Assembly (NCBI GenBank): GCA_050182275.1
Contig: JBFXCK010000002.1
Coordinates: forward strand, 154,202 to 218,201
Direction of reading: 5' to 3'
Source: Dongiaceae bacterium
Lineage (GTDB): Bacteria; Pseudomonadota; Alphaproteobacteria; SHNJ01
Length of the DNA: 64,000 bases
The notes under the pieces were generated by a model that saw only the letters and a program-made list of their open reading frames with translations, was not told the origin of the DNA and made no database searches. Below are positions 19,656-29,978 of the stretch, piece by piece; position 1 is the stretch's first letter; the number at the start of each line of letters is the position of its first letter. A program made the position numbers and the translations under genes.

Positions 19656-19976
19656 TAACTAAGCGCATATTACCCTATGCTTTGTACTTAAAATAAGCTT
19701 TTGGTCAGCTTAAAACTTGCCCCAAAAATGCGTAATATTTTCAAGGCGGGGTTTCTTGTAATCTATTGAAAATAAAGGACTATCCGGCTTAAAAAATTAG
19801 ATAAAATTGTCGGCAAATAGTGCTATTTCGTAAACGGATACTCAACTTTAGCCCCGTAAGATGGCTCCATAAGCGGCTTGATAGGTAAACAAAAGCAAAG
19901 CCGCAAGGATGCAATCGCGAAATGAACAGGCTGGCCCATATAAAGCCCGTCATCCGCGCAAAAGTAGGGGGCAAAA

Positions 19977-20393
19977 ATGATCGGCTTTAAATTATCGAAT
20001 ATTCTTTTTATGGCCTTGGGCGGCGTCGTTGTCGAATTGGTGAGGTTGATTTTCGCTTTAGCAATTTGGCCGGTGCGTTTGGTCTTAAAAATCGTTACCG
20101 AGGTTTTAAGTTTCATCGGTCTTTGCGTAGTAAGCCTGATGCAGGCGATTGGCATGCTGCTGGGCTTTGGGCCTAAGACCCGCTATTTCGTGCGCGATGA
20201 AGAAGTGCTGGATGTTATCAACCCATCTTTATTGCCGGTAACGGCGAACGGGCCGCGGTTGAATCACTATAAGACGGCCGGAGAAATGATTGCCGCACGT
20301 AGTATCGATCCGCGTTTATTAGCGGCGGTGCGGCAGAAACATCAGCGGGCGGTATTCGTTCATACCTTTAAGAACGAGATTGTTGCCCGTTAA
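19977..20393 (+). CDS. hypothetical membrane protein
   Basis: Two hydrophobic helices at the N-terminus. No motif. Confidence 0.35.
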   Translation: MIGFKLSNILFMALGGVVVELVRLIFALAIWPVRLVLKIVTEVLSFIGLCVVSLMQAIGMLLGFGPKTRYFVRDEEVLDVINPSLLPVTANGPRLNHYKTAGEMIAARSIDPRLLAAVRQKHQRAVFVHTFKNEIVAR

Positions 20394-20396
20394 AAG

Positions 20397-21185
20397 TTAG
20401 TTAGAGTGAGCAGGGAAAGAGAGCCGGGCGGTCACGGGTGCGTGATCGCTCGGTTTTTCCATTTTGCGGGGTTTTAAATCGATAGCGCTTGCCTCAAGAA
20501 GATCGGCAGCCTGGGGCGATAGCAATAAATGATCTATCCGCAAGCCGTCATTCCGTTCAAAGGCGCCTTGGCGGTAATCCCACCAGGAATATTCCTCCGC
20601 CTTTGGGTTGGCGGCGCGCCAGGCATCCAGCATCCCTAAATGAAAGAGAGAACGTAAAGCGGCGCGTTCGGGTTGGCTGAACAGCACTTCGCCTTGCCAG
20701 GCGCCGGGGTTATGAACATCGATTTCTTCCGGCGCTACGTTGAAATCGCCGCCTAGCACGAAAACTTCTTCTTTTTGCAGCAGGTATTTCACATGCTCAT
20801 ACAGGCGGCGATAGAATTTTAATTTATAGGCATAGGCATCGCTGCCAACGCTTTGGCCATTTGGCACATAGACGCTTGCCACCCGCACGCGGCCCGGCAA
20901 AGTCACTTCGATATAGCGCGCATGATCATCGGCCGGATCGCCGGGCAAAGCGGTTAGTTCAACCGTGATAGGAGTTTTCGATAAAACCGCAACGCCATTA
21001 TAGGTTTTTTGGCCCGCAACCGCGCTGTGATAACCCAGTTTTTTTACTTCCTCGGTTGGAAAGTTTTCATTGACGCACTTTAATTCCTGCAACAGTGCCA
21101 CATCAGGCTTGGCCTCTTTCAGCCAAGCTTGAAAAATATCCCATCTGGCTTTAATGGAATTGACATTGAAAGTGGCGATTTGCAT
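20397..21185 (-). CDS. xthA: exodeoxyribonuclease III
   Basis: MQIATFNVNSIKAR...LQELK, GDFNVAP, DHAPV motifs of the EEP/Xth family. Confidence 0.9.
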   Translation of the reverse strand: MQIATFNVNSIKARWDIFQAWLKEAKPDVALLQELKCVNENFPTEEVKKLGYHSAVAGQKTYNGVAVLSKTPITVELTALPGDPADDHARYIEVTLPGRVRVASVYVPNGQSVGSDAYAYKLKFYRRLYEHVKYLLQKEEVFVLGGDFNVAPEEIDVHNPGAWQGEVLFSQPERAALRSLFHLGMLDAWRAANPKAEEYSWWDYRQGAFERNDGLRIDHLLLSPQAADLLEASAIDLKPRKMEKPSDHAPVTARLSFPAHSN

Positions 21186-21204
21186 GAGAAAACCTTTAAC
21201 ATTC

Positions 21205-21284
21205 TGTCACCCCCGCGAAAGCGGGGGTCCATTGTTCCGACAACGGAGGGGTTGAAGGATGGATTCCCGCTTTCGCGGGAATGA
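21205..21284. repeat. small palindromic (MITE/REP-like) element with ~20-bp imperfect terminal inverted repeats
   Basis: gtcacccccgcgaaagcgggggt at the left end and attcccgctttcgcgggaatgac at the right end are reverse complements (one CC/TT difference). Each arm is itself a GC hairpin. Confidence 0.6.
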
Positions 21285-21329
21285 CGAAAAGATTACTAAA
21301 GCGTTCCTCCTCCCTAGAAGGGGAATATA

Positions 21330-21686
21330 TTATTGCGGGGAGAAAGAACCGCCGCAGCCGCAGGATGATTTCGCCTGCGGATTGCGGATTTGGAAGAAGG
21401 AACCCGATAATTCTTCGACATAATCAATTTCCGAGCCGGCCAAATAGGGCAGGGACATGGTATCGATCACCATTTCCACGCCATCGCGGCTGAAAACTTT
21501 ATCGTCTTCGCCCACCTGATCATCAAAGCTTAATTGATATTGAAAGCCGGAACAGCCGCCGGTTAGCACGGTTACGCGCAGGCGTAAATCGGGGTTGGCG
21601 TCTTTCTGGCGCAATTGCGCAATGCGCTTGGCGGCGTTTTGGCTTAAGGTAAGGCTTAGATTTTCTTGCATGGACTCAATCCTCAA
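21330..21686 (-). CDS. erpA: iron-sulfur cluster insertion protein (HesB/IscA/ErpA family)
   Basis: C-terminal CGCGGSF motif. ~110 aa. Confidence 0.85.
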   Translation of the reverse strand: MRIESMQENLSLTLSQNAAKRIAQLRQKDANPDLRLRVTVLTGGCSGFQYQLSFDDQVGEDDKVFSRDGVEMVIDTMSLPYLAGSEIDYVEELSGSFFQIRNPQAKSSCGCGGSFSPQ

Positions 21687-21752
21687 TGGTTGTTTCTTTA
21701 AATATAGCGTTGAAGTTATTGATATTCAAGCCCGGCCCGGCTAGGTTGTGGC

Positions 21753-22910
21753 ATGAGTTTTTCTTATGCCCCCTATGCCTGTAATCCGGCCCAAAGCCGC
21801 GGCCGCTTCTTAAAAGAACCTGCCCCCAAAGACCGCAGCGAATTTCAGCGCGACCGCGACCGCATCATTCATTCGGCGGCCTTCCGCAAGCTTGAATATA
21901 AAACCCAAGTTTTTGTCAATCATGAAGGCGATTATTACCGCACGCGGCTGACGCATTCTTTAGAGGTCGGCCAAATCACCCGCAGCATTTGCCGGGCGCT
22001 GGAATTAAACGAAGATTTGGCTGAGGCGATTGCGCTGGCGCATGATTTGGGCCACACGCCCTTTGGCCATGCCGGCGAAGAAGCGCTGAACGAGGCGATG
22101 CAGCCCTTCGGCGGATTCGATCACAATGATCAAACTTTACGTGTGCTGACCTATTTAGAAAGCCGCTATGCCCAGTTTCATGGCTTGAATCTCACTTGGG
22201 AAACATTAGAGGGTGTCGTTAAACATAACGGCCCCAAGACCGGCAAATTGCCGCCAACCATCAAAGCCTTCAATGAAAAATATGATTTGGCGCTCAGCAC
22301 CTTCCCAAGCCTAGAGGCGCAAGTGGCGGCCCTGGCCGATGACATCGCCTATTGCAATCATGATATTGATGATGGGTTGAATGCAGGTTTGTTTAGCCTT
22401 GAAGATTTAAAAGGCATTAAATTTATTCGCGGCATGGTCGAGGCAATTCAAAAACGCCATCCCAAAATCGAAGAAAAACTTTTAATCGCCGAATTGGTGC
22501 GCGATTTAATTGGCGTGATGGTGAATGATGTGCTGGCCGAAACCCGCATGCGCCTGAAAGCCACGGGCGCCGATAATGTGGAAAAGGTGAGGCACGCTAA
22601 AAAACTCTTAGTCGATTTTTCACCGCAGCAGGCGGAAAATAATCAAATCTTAAAAGAATTTTTGATGAAAAACATGTACCGCCATTGGCGCGTCAACCGC
22701 ATGACCAGCAAGGCAAGGCGCATTGTGAAAGATTTATTCGGCCTGCTTATTAAAGAACCCGAATGTATGCCAACCGAATGGCGCGCCCGCATTGATGAAC
22801 CAACCCCCGCCCAAACCGCCCTGGTCGTCGCCGACTACATCGCCGGCATGACCGACCGCTTTGCGATCGAGGAGCATCAAAGGTTGTTTGATTTGTATAA
22901 GAGATCGTAA
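21753..22910 (+). CDS. dgt: dGTP triphosphohydrolase-like HD-domain protein
   Basis: RTRLTHSLEVGQI...AHDLGHTPFGHAGE HD motif. 385 aa. Confidence 0.85.
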   Translation: MSFSYAPYACNPAQSRGRFLKEPAPKDRSEFQRDRDRIIHSAAFRKLEYKTQVFVNHEGDYYRTRLTHSLEVGQITRSICRALELNEDLAEAIALAHDLGHTPFGHAGEEALNEAMQPFGGFDHNDQTLRVLTYLESRYAQFHGLNLTWETLEGVVKHNGPKTGKLPPTIKAFNEKYDLALSTFPSLEAQVAALADDIAYCNHDIDDGLNAGLFSLEDLKGIKFIRGMVEAIQKRHPKIEEKLLIAELVRDLIGVMVNDVLAETRMRLKATGADNVEKVRHAKKLLVDFSPQQAENNQILKEFLMKNMYRHWRVNRMTSKARRIVKDLFGLLIKEPECMPTEWRARIDEPTPAQTALVVADYIAGMTDRFAIEEHQRLFDLYKRS

Positions 22911-22913
22911 ATT

Positions 22914-24665
22914 ATGAACATCTTCGCCGAAATCCGCACCAAAGTTATTGCCGCTGTTGATGCCTTGGTTAAAGAAGGCAAACTGCCATCGGGTTTGGAT
23001 ACTTCCAAAATCACCGCCGAGCCGCCGCGTGATGCTAGCCATGGGGATGTGGCGACCAATGCGGCGATGGTGTTGGCGAAGCCGGCCAATCAAAATCCGA
23101 AGGCGTTGGCGGAATTGTTGGTGGCGAAATTGCAGGGGGATAAGGATATTGTTTCCGCCACTGTTGCAGGCCCGGGTTTTATCAATTTAACTTTGCAGGG
23201 CGATTTGTGGCTGAAAATTTTACCGACCATTTTGCGGGAAGGCGCCGAATACGGTTCCTCTAAAGTCGGGCAGGGGCGGCAGGTGAATGTGGAGTTTTGT
23301 TCGGCCAATCCCACAGGGCCAATGCATGTGGGGCATGGGCGCGGCACGGTGGTGGGAGATGCGCTTTCATCCCTGCTGCAAAAAGTTGGATATAAAGTCA
23401 CGCGCGAATATTACATCAATGATGCGGGCGGGCAGATTGAAACGGTGGTGCGCTCGGCCTTCATGCGCTACCGCGAGGCCTTGGGCGAGAATATCGGCGA
23501 GATTCCAAAGGGGCTTTATCCGGGTGAATATTTAATTCCGGTTGGCCAGGCGCTGGTTAAAAAATATGGCGATAGCTTGAAAAATAAAGCGGAGGAAGAA
23601 TGGTTTCCGCTGGTGCGTCCCTTTGTTATCAACGCAATGATGGATGAAATTAAAAATGATTTGGCGCTTTTGGGCGTTAAGCATGATGTTTTTACCTCGG
23701 AACTGGCCATGCTTGAATCCGGCGCGGTTGATAAGATGATGGAGCAGTTAGAGAAAAAAGATTTGATTTATGTCGGCGTGCTGGAGCCGCCTAAGGGCAA
23801 AGCGCCCGATGATTGGGAGCCGCGCCCGCAGACTTTGTTCAAAGCCAGCCAGTTCGGCGACGATATTGACCGCCCTTTAAAGAAGGCCGATGGCTCCTAC
23901 ACCTATTTTGCCAAGGACATCGCCTATCACTACGATAAATATAAGCGGGGCAGTGATACGCTAATTGATATTCTGGGCGCCGATCATGGCGGCTATGTCA
24001 AGCGTATGGCGGCGGCGGTGAAGGCGTTTAGCGATGGCAAATGCGGCTTTGATGCCAAAGTGTGCCAGCTTATTAAACTGACTAAAGATGGCGAGCCGGT
24101 GAAAATGTCAAAACGCGCCGGAACTTTTGTGACCTTGCAGGAAGTTATTCAAGAGGTCGGCAAAGATGTTTTCCGCTTTATTATCATGACCCGCAAAAAC
24201 GATATGCCGATGGATTTTGATTTGGCCAAGGCGGTCGAGCAATCGAAAGATAACCCGGTATTCTATGTGCAATATGCCCATGCCCGCACCCATTCGGTTT
24301 TGCGCCATGCCGCCGAGATGTTCAAGGGCGAGGATTTAAGCATAAACGCGCTGGCCGAGGCCGATTTGAGCTTATTAAAAGACCCGGAAGAATTGGCTTT
24401 GCTTAAAACCATGGCCTCTTGGCCGCGGCAGGTGGAATTGGCGGCCGAGGCGCATGAGCCGCACCGCCTGGCATTTTTCTTATCCGAATTAGCAGCGTGC
24501 TTTCACGCCCTGTGGAATAAAGGTAATGAAAATACCCAATTAAGGTTTTTGATTGAGGGAAATAAACCACTTTCCCTTGCCCGTTTGGCGTTAATTCAAG
24601 GAATGGCCTTGGTAATCGCCTCGGGTTTGCGTATATTTGGGGTCCAGCCCTTGCAGGAGATGTAA
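22914..24665 (+). CDS. argS: arginine--tRNA ligase
   Basis: [15 protein letters not shown] class-I motif. 583 aa. Confidence 0.95.
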   Translation: MNIFAEIRTKVIAAVDALVKEGKLPSGLDTSKITAEPPRDASHGDVATNAAMVLAKPANQNPKALAELLVAKLQGDKDIVSATVAGPGFINLTLQGDLWLKILPTILREGAEYGSSKVGQGRQVNVEFCSANPTGPMHVGHGRGTVVGDALSSLLQKVGYKVTREYYINDAGGQIETVVRSAFMRYREALGENIGEIPKGLYPGEYLIPVGQALVKKYGDSLKNKAEEEWFPLVRPFVINAMMDEIKNDLALLGVKHDVFTSELAMLESGAVDKMMEQLEKKDLIYVGVLEPPKGKAPDDWEPRPQTLFKASQFGDDIDRPLKKADGSYTYFAKDIAYHYDKYKRGSDTLIDILGADHGGYVKRMAAAVKAFSDGKCGFDAKVCQLIKLTKDGEPVKMSKRAGTFVTLQEVIQEVGKDVFRFIIMTRKNDMPMDFDLAKAVEQSKDNPVFYVQYAHARTHSVLRHAAEMFKGEDLSINALAEADLSLLKDPEELALLKTMASWPRQVELAAEAHEPHRLAFFLSELAACFHALWNKGNENTQLRFLIEGNKPLSLARLALIQGMALVIASGLRIFGVQPLQEM

Positions 24666-24666
24666 C

Positions 24667-25425
24667 ATGAGTAATTTGCCCTTCGATAATTATGAACCCT
24701 TGCCTTCAACCGCGCAGCCGCGCCGCAATATGTTTAAAACCGCCATCGCTTTGGTGGTGTTGGTCGGCTTTTTAAGCGTGGTGTGGATGGCGTATCAAGA
24801 TACCTCGCCCTCGACTGGCGTAACACCGTTAATCACCGCCGATGCGGGCCAAATCAAAACCCGCCCCGATCAGCCGGGCGGAATGGAAATTCCGAATCAA
24901 GACAAGCTGGTATACAACCAGCTTTCCGGCAATGCCCCGAAAATGGAAGAGCGTTTAATGCCGGCCTCCGAAAAGCCCTTGGCTGAACTGGCGGCTATGA
25001 CCACCGCTGAAGGCGAAGAAATGGATTCTTCCGCCAATGTTAAGGTCGAAAAGTTGGATCCGCTGCCGGCTGATGAAGCCGCCGCTGCTGCTGCTCCAGC
25101 CGCCCCTCTGCCGGAAGCTGCGCCGGTGAAAAAAGAAACCGCGCACACCGAAACGCCGAAGCAAGAAAAAAAGGCCAACGGGAAATCAACTTATATTCAG
25201 CTGGCCTCTTTCCGTTCGGAGGCCGAGGCGCAAGCCGCCTGGAAAAGGCTGCAAAAGAAATACGCCGAACTGGCCACTTTCAATTCGCGCATCGTTAAGG
25301 CCGATTTGAAAGACAAGGGCACCTATTACCGCTTGCAGGCGGCTATGCCCAGCAAAGACGCCGCCACCACCCAGTGCGAAGCGCTTAAAGCCAAAGGCCA
25401 AGCTTGCTTGATGGTAGGCCGGTAA
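24667..25425 (+). CDS. SPOR-domain protein (peptidoglycan-binding, septal)
   Basis: TM anchor plus C-terminal SPOR block YIQLASFRSEAEAQAAWKRLQKKYAELA...YRLQAAM. Confidence 0.75.
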   Translation: MSNLPFDNYEPLPSTAQPRRNMFKTAIALVVLVGFLSVVWMAYQDTSPSTGVTPLITADAGQIKTRPDQPGGMEIPNQDKLVYNQLSGNAPKMEERLMPASEKPLAELAAMTTAEGEEMDSSANVKVEKLDPLPADEAAAAAAPAAPLPEAAPVKKETAHTETPKQEKKANGKSTYIQLASFRSEAEAQAAWKRLQKKYAELATFNSRIVKADLKDKGTYYRLQAAMPSKDAATTQCEALKAKGQACLMVGR

Positions 25426-25429
25426 GCTT

Positions 25430-26380
25430 TTGCCGTCTGCCCCATTAAAGCCTGTTGTTTTCGGACTTTCCGGTCCGCAATTAACGCCCGAAGAACGGGC
25501 GTTTTTTGCCGAACATAATCCGCTGGGATTTATCTTATTCGCCCGTAATATCCAAAATCTGGATCAGGTCGCGCGCCTGTGTGCGGAGTTACGTATGGCG
25601 GTGAATAATCCGCAAGCCTTTATTTTCATCGACCAGGAAGGCGGGCGGGTGCAAAGGATTAAAGAACCGTTGCTTCCCAATTATCCTTCCATGCGCGAAT
25701 TGGTAAGCCAGGCCAGGGGCGATGAGGGTTTTATCGCCGCGCATTTCAAAAAACTGGGAACCGATTTATCGAAGCTGGGCATTAATGTCGATTGCGCGCC
25801 GGTGTTGGATGTGCCCATTCCCGGCAGCCATGATGTGATCGGCGACCGCGCTTTTGGCGTTCATGCCGATGATATTATCAAATATGCCGCCGCGGCGGTG
25901 AAGGGGCTGAATCAGGCCAAAATATTTCCGGTGATCAAGCATATCCCAGGACACGGCCGCGCGATGGTCGATAGCCATTTGGAATTGCCAATCGTCGATA
26001 CGCATCTCGATGAATTAAGAAAAACCGATTTCGCGCCGTTTAAGGCCCTGAACGATGCGCCTTTTGCTATGACCGCGCATGTGGTTTACCGCGCGATCGA
26101 TCCCCATTTATGCGCTACTTTATCGCCTAAGGTGATTGCCCTTATCCGCCATGAAATCGGCTTTCAAGGCTTACTGTTGACCGATGATTTAGGCATGAAG
26201 GCTTTAAAGGGCGATTTTGCTGGGCTGGCCCATGCTTCTTTAGAGGCCGGCTGCGATATTGTTTTGCACTGTTCCGGTAAGATGGAGGAGATGCTTCAAG
26301 TAGCTAAAGGCTTACCCACAAGCCTCTCGCCCCTTACCCAGGCAAGGCTAGCCAAATTAGGCTTGAGCAGCTATAAATAG
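25430..26380 (+). CDS. nagZ: beta-N-acetylhexosaminidase (GH3)
   Basis: IFIDQEGGRVQR, KHIPGHG motifs. Confidence 0.9.
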   Translation: MPSAPLKPVVFGLSGPQLTPEERAFFAEHNPLGFILFARNIQNLDQVARLCAELRMAVNNPQAFIFIDQEGGRVQRIKEPLLPNYPSMRELVSQARGDEGFIAAHFKKLGTDLSKLGINVDCAPVLDVPIPGSHDVIGDRAFGVHADDIIKYAAAAVKGLNQAKIFPVIKHIPGHGRAMVDSHLELPIVDTHLDELRKTDFAPFKALNDAPFAMTAHVVYRAIDPHLCATLSPKVIALIRHEIGFQGLLLTDDLGMKALKGDFAGLAHASLEAGCDIVLHCSGKMEEMLQVAKGLPTSLSPLTQARLAKLGLSSYK

Positions 26381-26397
26381 CAGGAATTTCAAGGATT

Positions 26398-27111
26398 TTG
26401 AGGGCGGGGTTTATGCTATCTCTGAACGACATTCTGGCGGGCTTATCGGTATGGCTGTTGCCGGTGATTTTTGCCGTCTCTTTGCATGAGGTGGCGCATG
26501 GCTATGTTGCTTGGCGCTTGGGCGACGATACTGCCAAGCGCTTGGGGCGTTTAAGCGTTAATCCTATCAAACATATCGATCAGTTTGGCACCATTATCCT
26601 GCCGTTGATGCTGGTCTTATTCCGCTCGCCGGTTTTATTCGGCTATGCCAAGCCGGTGCCGGTGAATTTTTCAAGGCTAAGACGGCCGCGCCAAGACATG
26701 ATGTGGGTGGCGTTGGCGGGGCCGGCGATGAATATTTTCCTGGCCTTTTTCAGCGCGGCGATGCTGCATCTTATCCCTTTTATTCAAGATGGGAAGTTCG
26801 CCCTTTGGCTGCAAGAAAACTTAACCAATTCGGTAATGATTAACCTGGTTTTGGCGGTATTTAACATGACGCCGATTCCGCCATTAGATGGCGGGCGGAT
26901 CGTAACCGGCATTTTACCGCTGCATTTAGCCATCCCTTACGCCAAAATCGAGCGTTATGGGTTGTTGCTGGTTATCGGGATTTTGTTTATTCTGCCGATG
27001 CTGGGAAATGCGGTGGGAATCGATTTAAATTTTTTCACCGAATATCTATTCAGAACGGTGCAATTTATGCTGCGCCTGATTTTAATGACGGTAGGGGTTC
27101 ATAATGTCTGA
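26398..27111 (+). CDS. site-2 protease family (M50) membrane metalloprotease
   Basis: LHEVAHGYVA HExxH within a TM helix. Polytopic membrane protein. Confidence 0.8.
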   Translation: MRAGFMLSLNDILAGLSVWLLPVIFAVSLHEVAHGYVAWRLGDDTAKRLGRLSVNPIKHIDQFGTIILPLMLVLFRSPVLFGYAKPVPVNFSRLRRPRQDMMWVALAGPAMNIFLAFFSAAMLHLIPFIQDGKFALWLQENLTNSVMINLVLAVFNMTPIPPLDGGRIVTGILPLHLAIPYAKIERYGLLLVIGILFILPMLGNAVGIDLNFFTEYLFRTVQFMLRLILMTVGVHNV

Positions 27112-27895
27112 GACATGGCCGGCCAATGACGATCAACCCGCTTATAGCGGGGATGACGTTTTGCACGTTGAACTTGGCGCCTATGAAGGGCCGCTGGATA
27201 TATTATTGCAATTGGCCCGGCAGCAAAAGGTGGATTTGGCGCAGCTTTCCATCTTAACCTTGGCCGATCAATATTTAGCTTTCATGCAGGAACTAAAAAC
27301 CCGCAAATTGGAAATCGCCGCCGATTATTTGGTGATGGCGGCGTGGCTGGCTTATTTGAAATCGCGGCTTTTGCTGCCGCCGGAAGAAGTTCCAAATGAT
27401 GAGCCTTCGGCCGAGGAATTATCGATTTTCCTGCAATGGCAATTAAAACGCTTGGCGGCGATGCAAGAAGCCGGGCAGAAAATTATGAACCTGCCGCGTT
27501 TCGGTTTTAATGTGTTCGCGCGCGGCAATCCGGAAGGGATCGCGCTAATTAAAACACCCCTTTATCAAGCCGATTTATACGAATTGCTGTCGGCTTACGG
27601 CGCGATTCAAAAGCAAAAACAGGCCGGCACTATGCGGATCGCCGTCGATCAGCTATTCACCGTCGATGAGGCTTTGGACCGCCTTCGCCACCGGTTGAGC
27701 CATTTGCCCAATTGGGAATCTTTAAGCCAGTTTTTGCCCGCCGAATTGAGGGAAGGGACAGTGGGCCGTTCCGGCATAGCCGCTACTTTTGTCGCCAGCC
27801 TGGAATTGGCCCGCCAAGGCGAGGCGCAATTGCGTCAATTGCAGCCCTTTGGCCCAATTTATATTCGCCGCAAACCTAAGGGAGCAGAGGAATGA
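27104..27895 (+). CDS. scpA: segregation and condensation protein A
   Basis: LEAYEGPLDILLQLARQQKVDL motif. Confidence 0.9.
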   Translation: MSETWPANDDQPAYSGDDVLHVELGAYEGPLDILLQLARQQKVDLAQLSILTLADQYLAFMQELKTRKLEIAADYLVMAAWLAYLKSRLLLPPEEVPNDEPSAEELSIFLQWQLKRLAAMQEAGQKIMNLPRFGFNVFARGNPEGIALIKTPLYQADLYELLSAYGAIQKQKQAGTMRIAVDQLFTVDEALDRLRHRLSHLPNWESLSQFLPAELREGTVGRSGIAATFVASLELARQGEAQLRQLQPFGPIYIRRKPKGAEE

Positions 27896-28566
27896 GCGCC
27901 GTGAAAAAAAACAATCATGCAACCGAGCAGGCGGAAAATTTACGGGTGCTGGAAGCCCTGATTTTCGCCGCCGAAAAACCGCTTTCATTAAAAGATTTAG
28001 AGGGCTTAATGCCGGAAGGCGTTGAAATCGAATCGTTGTTGGAAATTTTGCAGGAACGTTATAAAGGCGGCGGTTTTCATTTGGTGGAATCGGCCAATCG
28101 TTGGTCGTTCCGCACCGCATCCGATATGGCGGCCTATTTGAAAAAAGAAAAACCGGTGCAGCGCAAACTTACCCGCGCCACCATCGAAACTTTGGCGATT
28201 GTCGCCTATCACCAGCCCGTCACCCGCGCCGATATCGAGCAAATCCGTGGCGTCAGTGTTGCGCAAGGCACGCTGGATATTTTGTTAGAGGCTGGCTGGG
28301 TTAAGCCCGGCCCCCGCCGCGAAACTCCGGGCCGCCCCATGACTTGGCTTACCACCGATGATTTCCTGCACCATTTCGGCCTGGCCGGTTTAGAGGCGCT
28401 GCCTGGATTCGAGGAACTCAAAGCCAGCGGCTTGCTCAATTCCGCCCCGCCCCCCGGCATTGCCATACCCGAAGCTTCAGGTGGGCAGGGTGCTTTGCCT
28501 TTGATATCCGAGGCTTTGGCTATGCCGGAATTGAGCGAAGATAGCGCAGGCGACGAAGAAATTTAG
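27892..28566 (+). CDS. scpB: segregation and condensation protein B
   Basis: LEALIFAAEKPLSL and winged-helix repeats. 4-bp overlap with scpA. Confidence 0.9.
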   Translation: MSAVKKNNHATEQAENLRVLEALIFAAEKPLSLKDLEGLMPEGVEIESLLEILQERYKGGGFHLVESANRWSFRTASDMAAYLKKEKPVQRKLTRATIETLAIVAYHQPVTRADIEQIRGVSVAQGTLDILLEAGWVKPGPRRETPGRPMTWLTTDDFLHHFGLAGLEALPGFEELKASGLLNSAPPPGIAIPEASGGQGALPLISEALAMPELSEDSAGDEEI

Positions 28567-28625
28567 CGGCTTCATGCAGGGCTGTTTGCAGCCACCCGCA
28601 ATTTCTGCCAAAATAGGAAAGAATT

Positions 28626-28694
28626 AGCTCATCCTGAGCCTGTCGAAGGATGAGCTTGGCCGTTGGCTCATGGTTCGACAGGCTCACCATGAGC
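28626..28694. repeat. palindromic intergenic element (two adjacent hairpins with mutually complementary loops); family member 1 of 3
   Basis: gctcatcc[tgagcctgtcgaa]ggatgagc then gctcatggt[tcgacaggctc]accatgagc. Related copies lie at 42295..42371 and 47272..47344. Confidence 0.65.
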
Positions 28695-28717
28695 GAGTTT
28701 GATGGAGGAGAGATTCC

Positions 28718-28909
28718 ATGGGTTTCGGCAGTATGTGGCATTGGGTGTTGGTGGTTTTGGTGATCCTGATTTTGTTCGGGGCCGGCAAGCTGCCCAAGGT
28801 AATGGGCGATATGGGCAAGGGCATTAAAAGCTTTAAAAAAGGCCTGAATGAAGAGGACGATCCCAAATCGATCGAGGCCAATAAGAACAACGACAGCAGC
28901 AAAGTATAG
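28718..28909 (+). CDS. tatA: twin-arginine translocase subunit TatA
   Basis: [27 protein letters not shown]. Confidence 0.9.
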   Translation: MGFGSMWHWVLVVLVILILFGAGKLPKVMGDMGKGIKSFKKGLNEEDDPKSIEANKNNDSSKV

Positions 28910-28918
28910 GTTCTTTCC

Positions 28919-29200
28919 ATGCTCGATATCGGCTGGGTGGAATTTGTATTAATCGCCGTTATCGCTCTTCTTGTTTTAAAGCCGGAAGATTTGCCCAAAG
29001 TTATGCGCATAGCGGGGCAGTGGGCGCGGAAAATCCGCGGCCTGATGAAAGACGTTCAGCGCCAAATCGATCAGGCGGTTCAGGCCGATGAAGTGAAAAA
29101 AATCCGCGAGGAATTGGATGCGTCTGGTCTGCGCGATCAAATCGATCCGAATCAGTTGATCGATCCGCGTGATAAAAAACCGCCGGAAGGCAGGGCTTAA
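28919..29200 (+). CDS. tatB: twin-arginine translocase subunit TatB
   Basis: MLDIGWVEFVLIAVIALLVLKPEDLPK. Confidence 0.85.
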   Translation: MLDIGWVEFVLIAVIALLVLKPEDLPKVMRIAGQWARKIRGLMKDVQRQIDQAVQADEVKKIREELDASGLRDQIDPNQLIDPRDKKPPEGRA

Positions 29201-29204
29201 CATC

Positions 29205-29978
29205 ATGGGCCCGATTGACCCCAGCCAAAATTCCGCCATGCCTTTGCTCGACCATTTACGGGAATTGCGCAACCGCTTGATGTGGGTGGCGGCGTTTTTC
29301 ATTGCGGTATTTTTCGCTGCTTTTAATTTTGCGCCGCATATTTATGCGTTTTTGGTCGAGCCTTTAGCGCATGCGCTGGAAGGCGAAAACCGCCGCCTTA
29401 TTTATACCGGCCTGACCGAGGCGTTTTTCACTTATGTAAAATTGGCGGGCTGGACCGCGTTCATTTTCACCCTGCCTTTGGCGATGATTCAATTATGGGG
29501 CTTTATCGCGCCTGGCCTTTATAATCATGAGCGCCGCGCCTTCTTGCCATTCTTAATCGCCACGCCGGTTTTATTCCTGCTGGGTGCGGCGATGGCTTAT
29601 TATTTCGTGTTTCCCATCGCCTGGAAGTTTTTTCTAAGCTATGAAATGCCGCTTCAATCCGGCGGCCTGCCGATCGAGGCGGAGCCGCGGGTCGCCGAAT
29701 ATTTATCGCTGGTGATGGGTTTGATTTTCGCCTTTGGTTTATGTTTTGAACTGCCGGTCTTGCTGACTTTGCTGGCCAAAATCGGTTTGGTGACGCCACA
29801 GCAATTGGCCAAGGGAAGGCGCTATGCGGTTGTGGTCATTTTAATTATCGCCGCAATTTTGACCCCGCCCGATGTGATCAGCCAAGTTTTATTAGCGACC
29901 CCGATGTATATATTGTACGAAATTTCCATTTTTATGGCGCGGATGGTGGCGCCGAAAGAAAATGAACAAGACAGTTAA
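29205..29978 (+). CDS. tatC: twin-arginine translocase subunit TatC
   Basis: LLDHLRELRNRL start motif, six TM helices. Start placed at 29205 just after the tatB stop. Confidence 0.9.
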   Translation: MGPIDPSQNSAMPLLDHLRELRNRLMWVAAFFIAVFFAAFNFAPHIYAFLVEPLAHALEGENRRLIYTGLTEAFFTYVKLAGWTAFIFTLPLAMIQLWGFIAPGLYNHERRAFLPFLIATPVLFLLGAAMAYYFVFPIAWKFFLSYEMPLQSGGLPIEAEPRVAEYLSLVMGLIFAFGLCFELPVLLTLLAKIGLVTPQQLAKGRRYAVVVILIIAAILTPPDVISQVLLATPMYILYEISIFMARMVAPKENEQDS

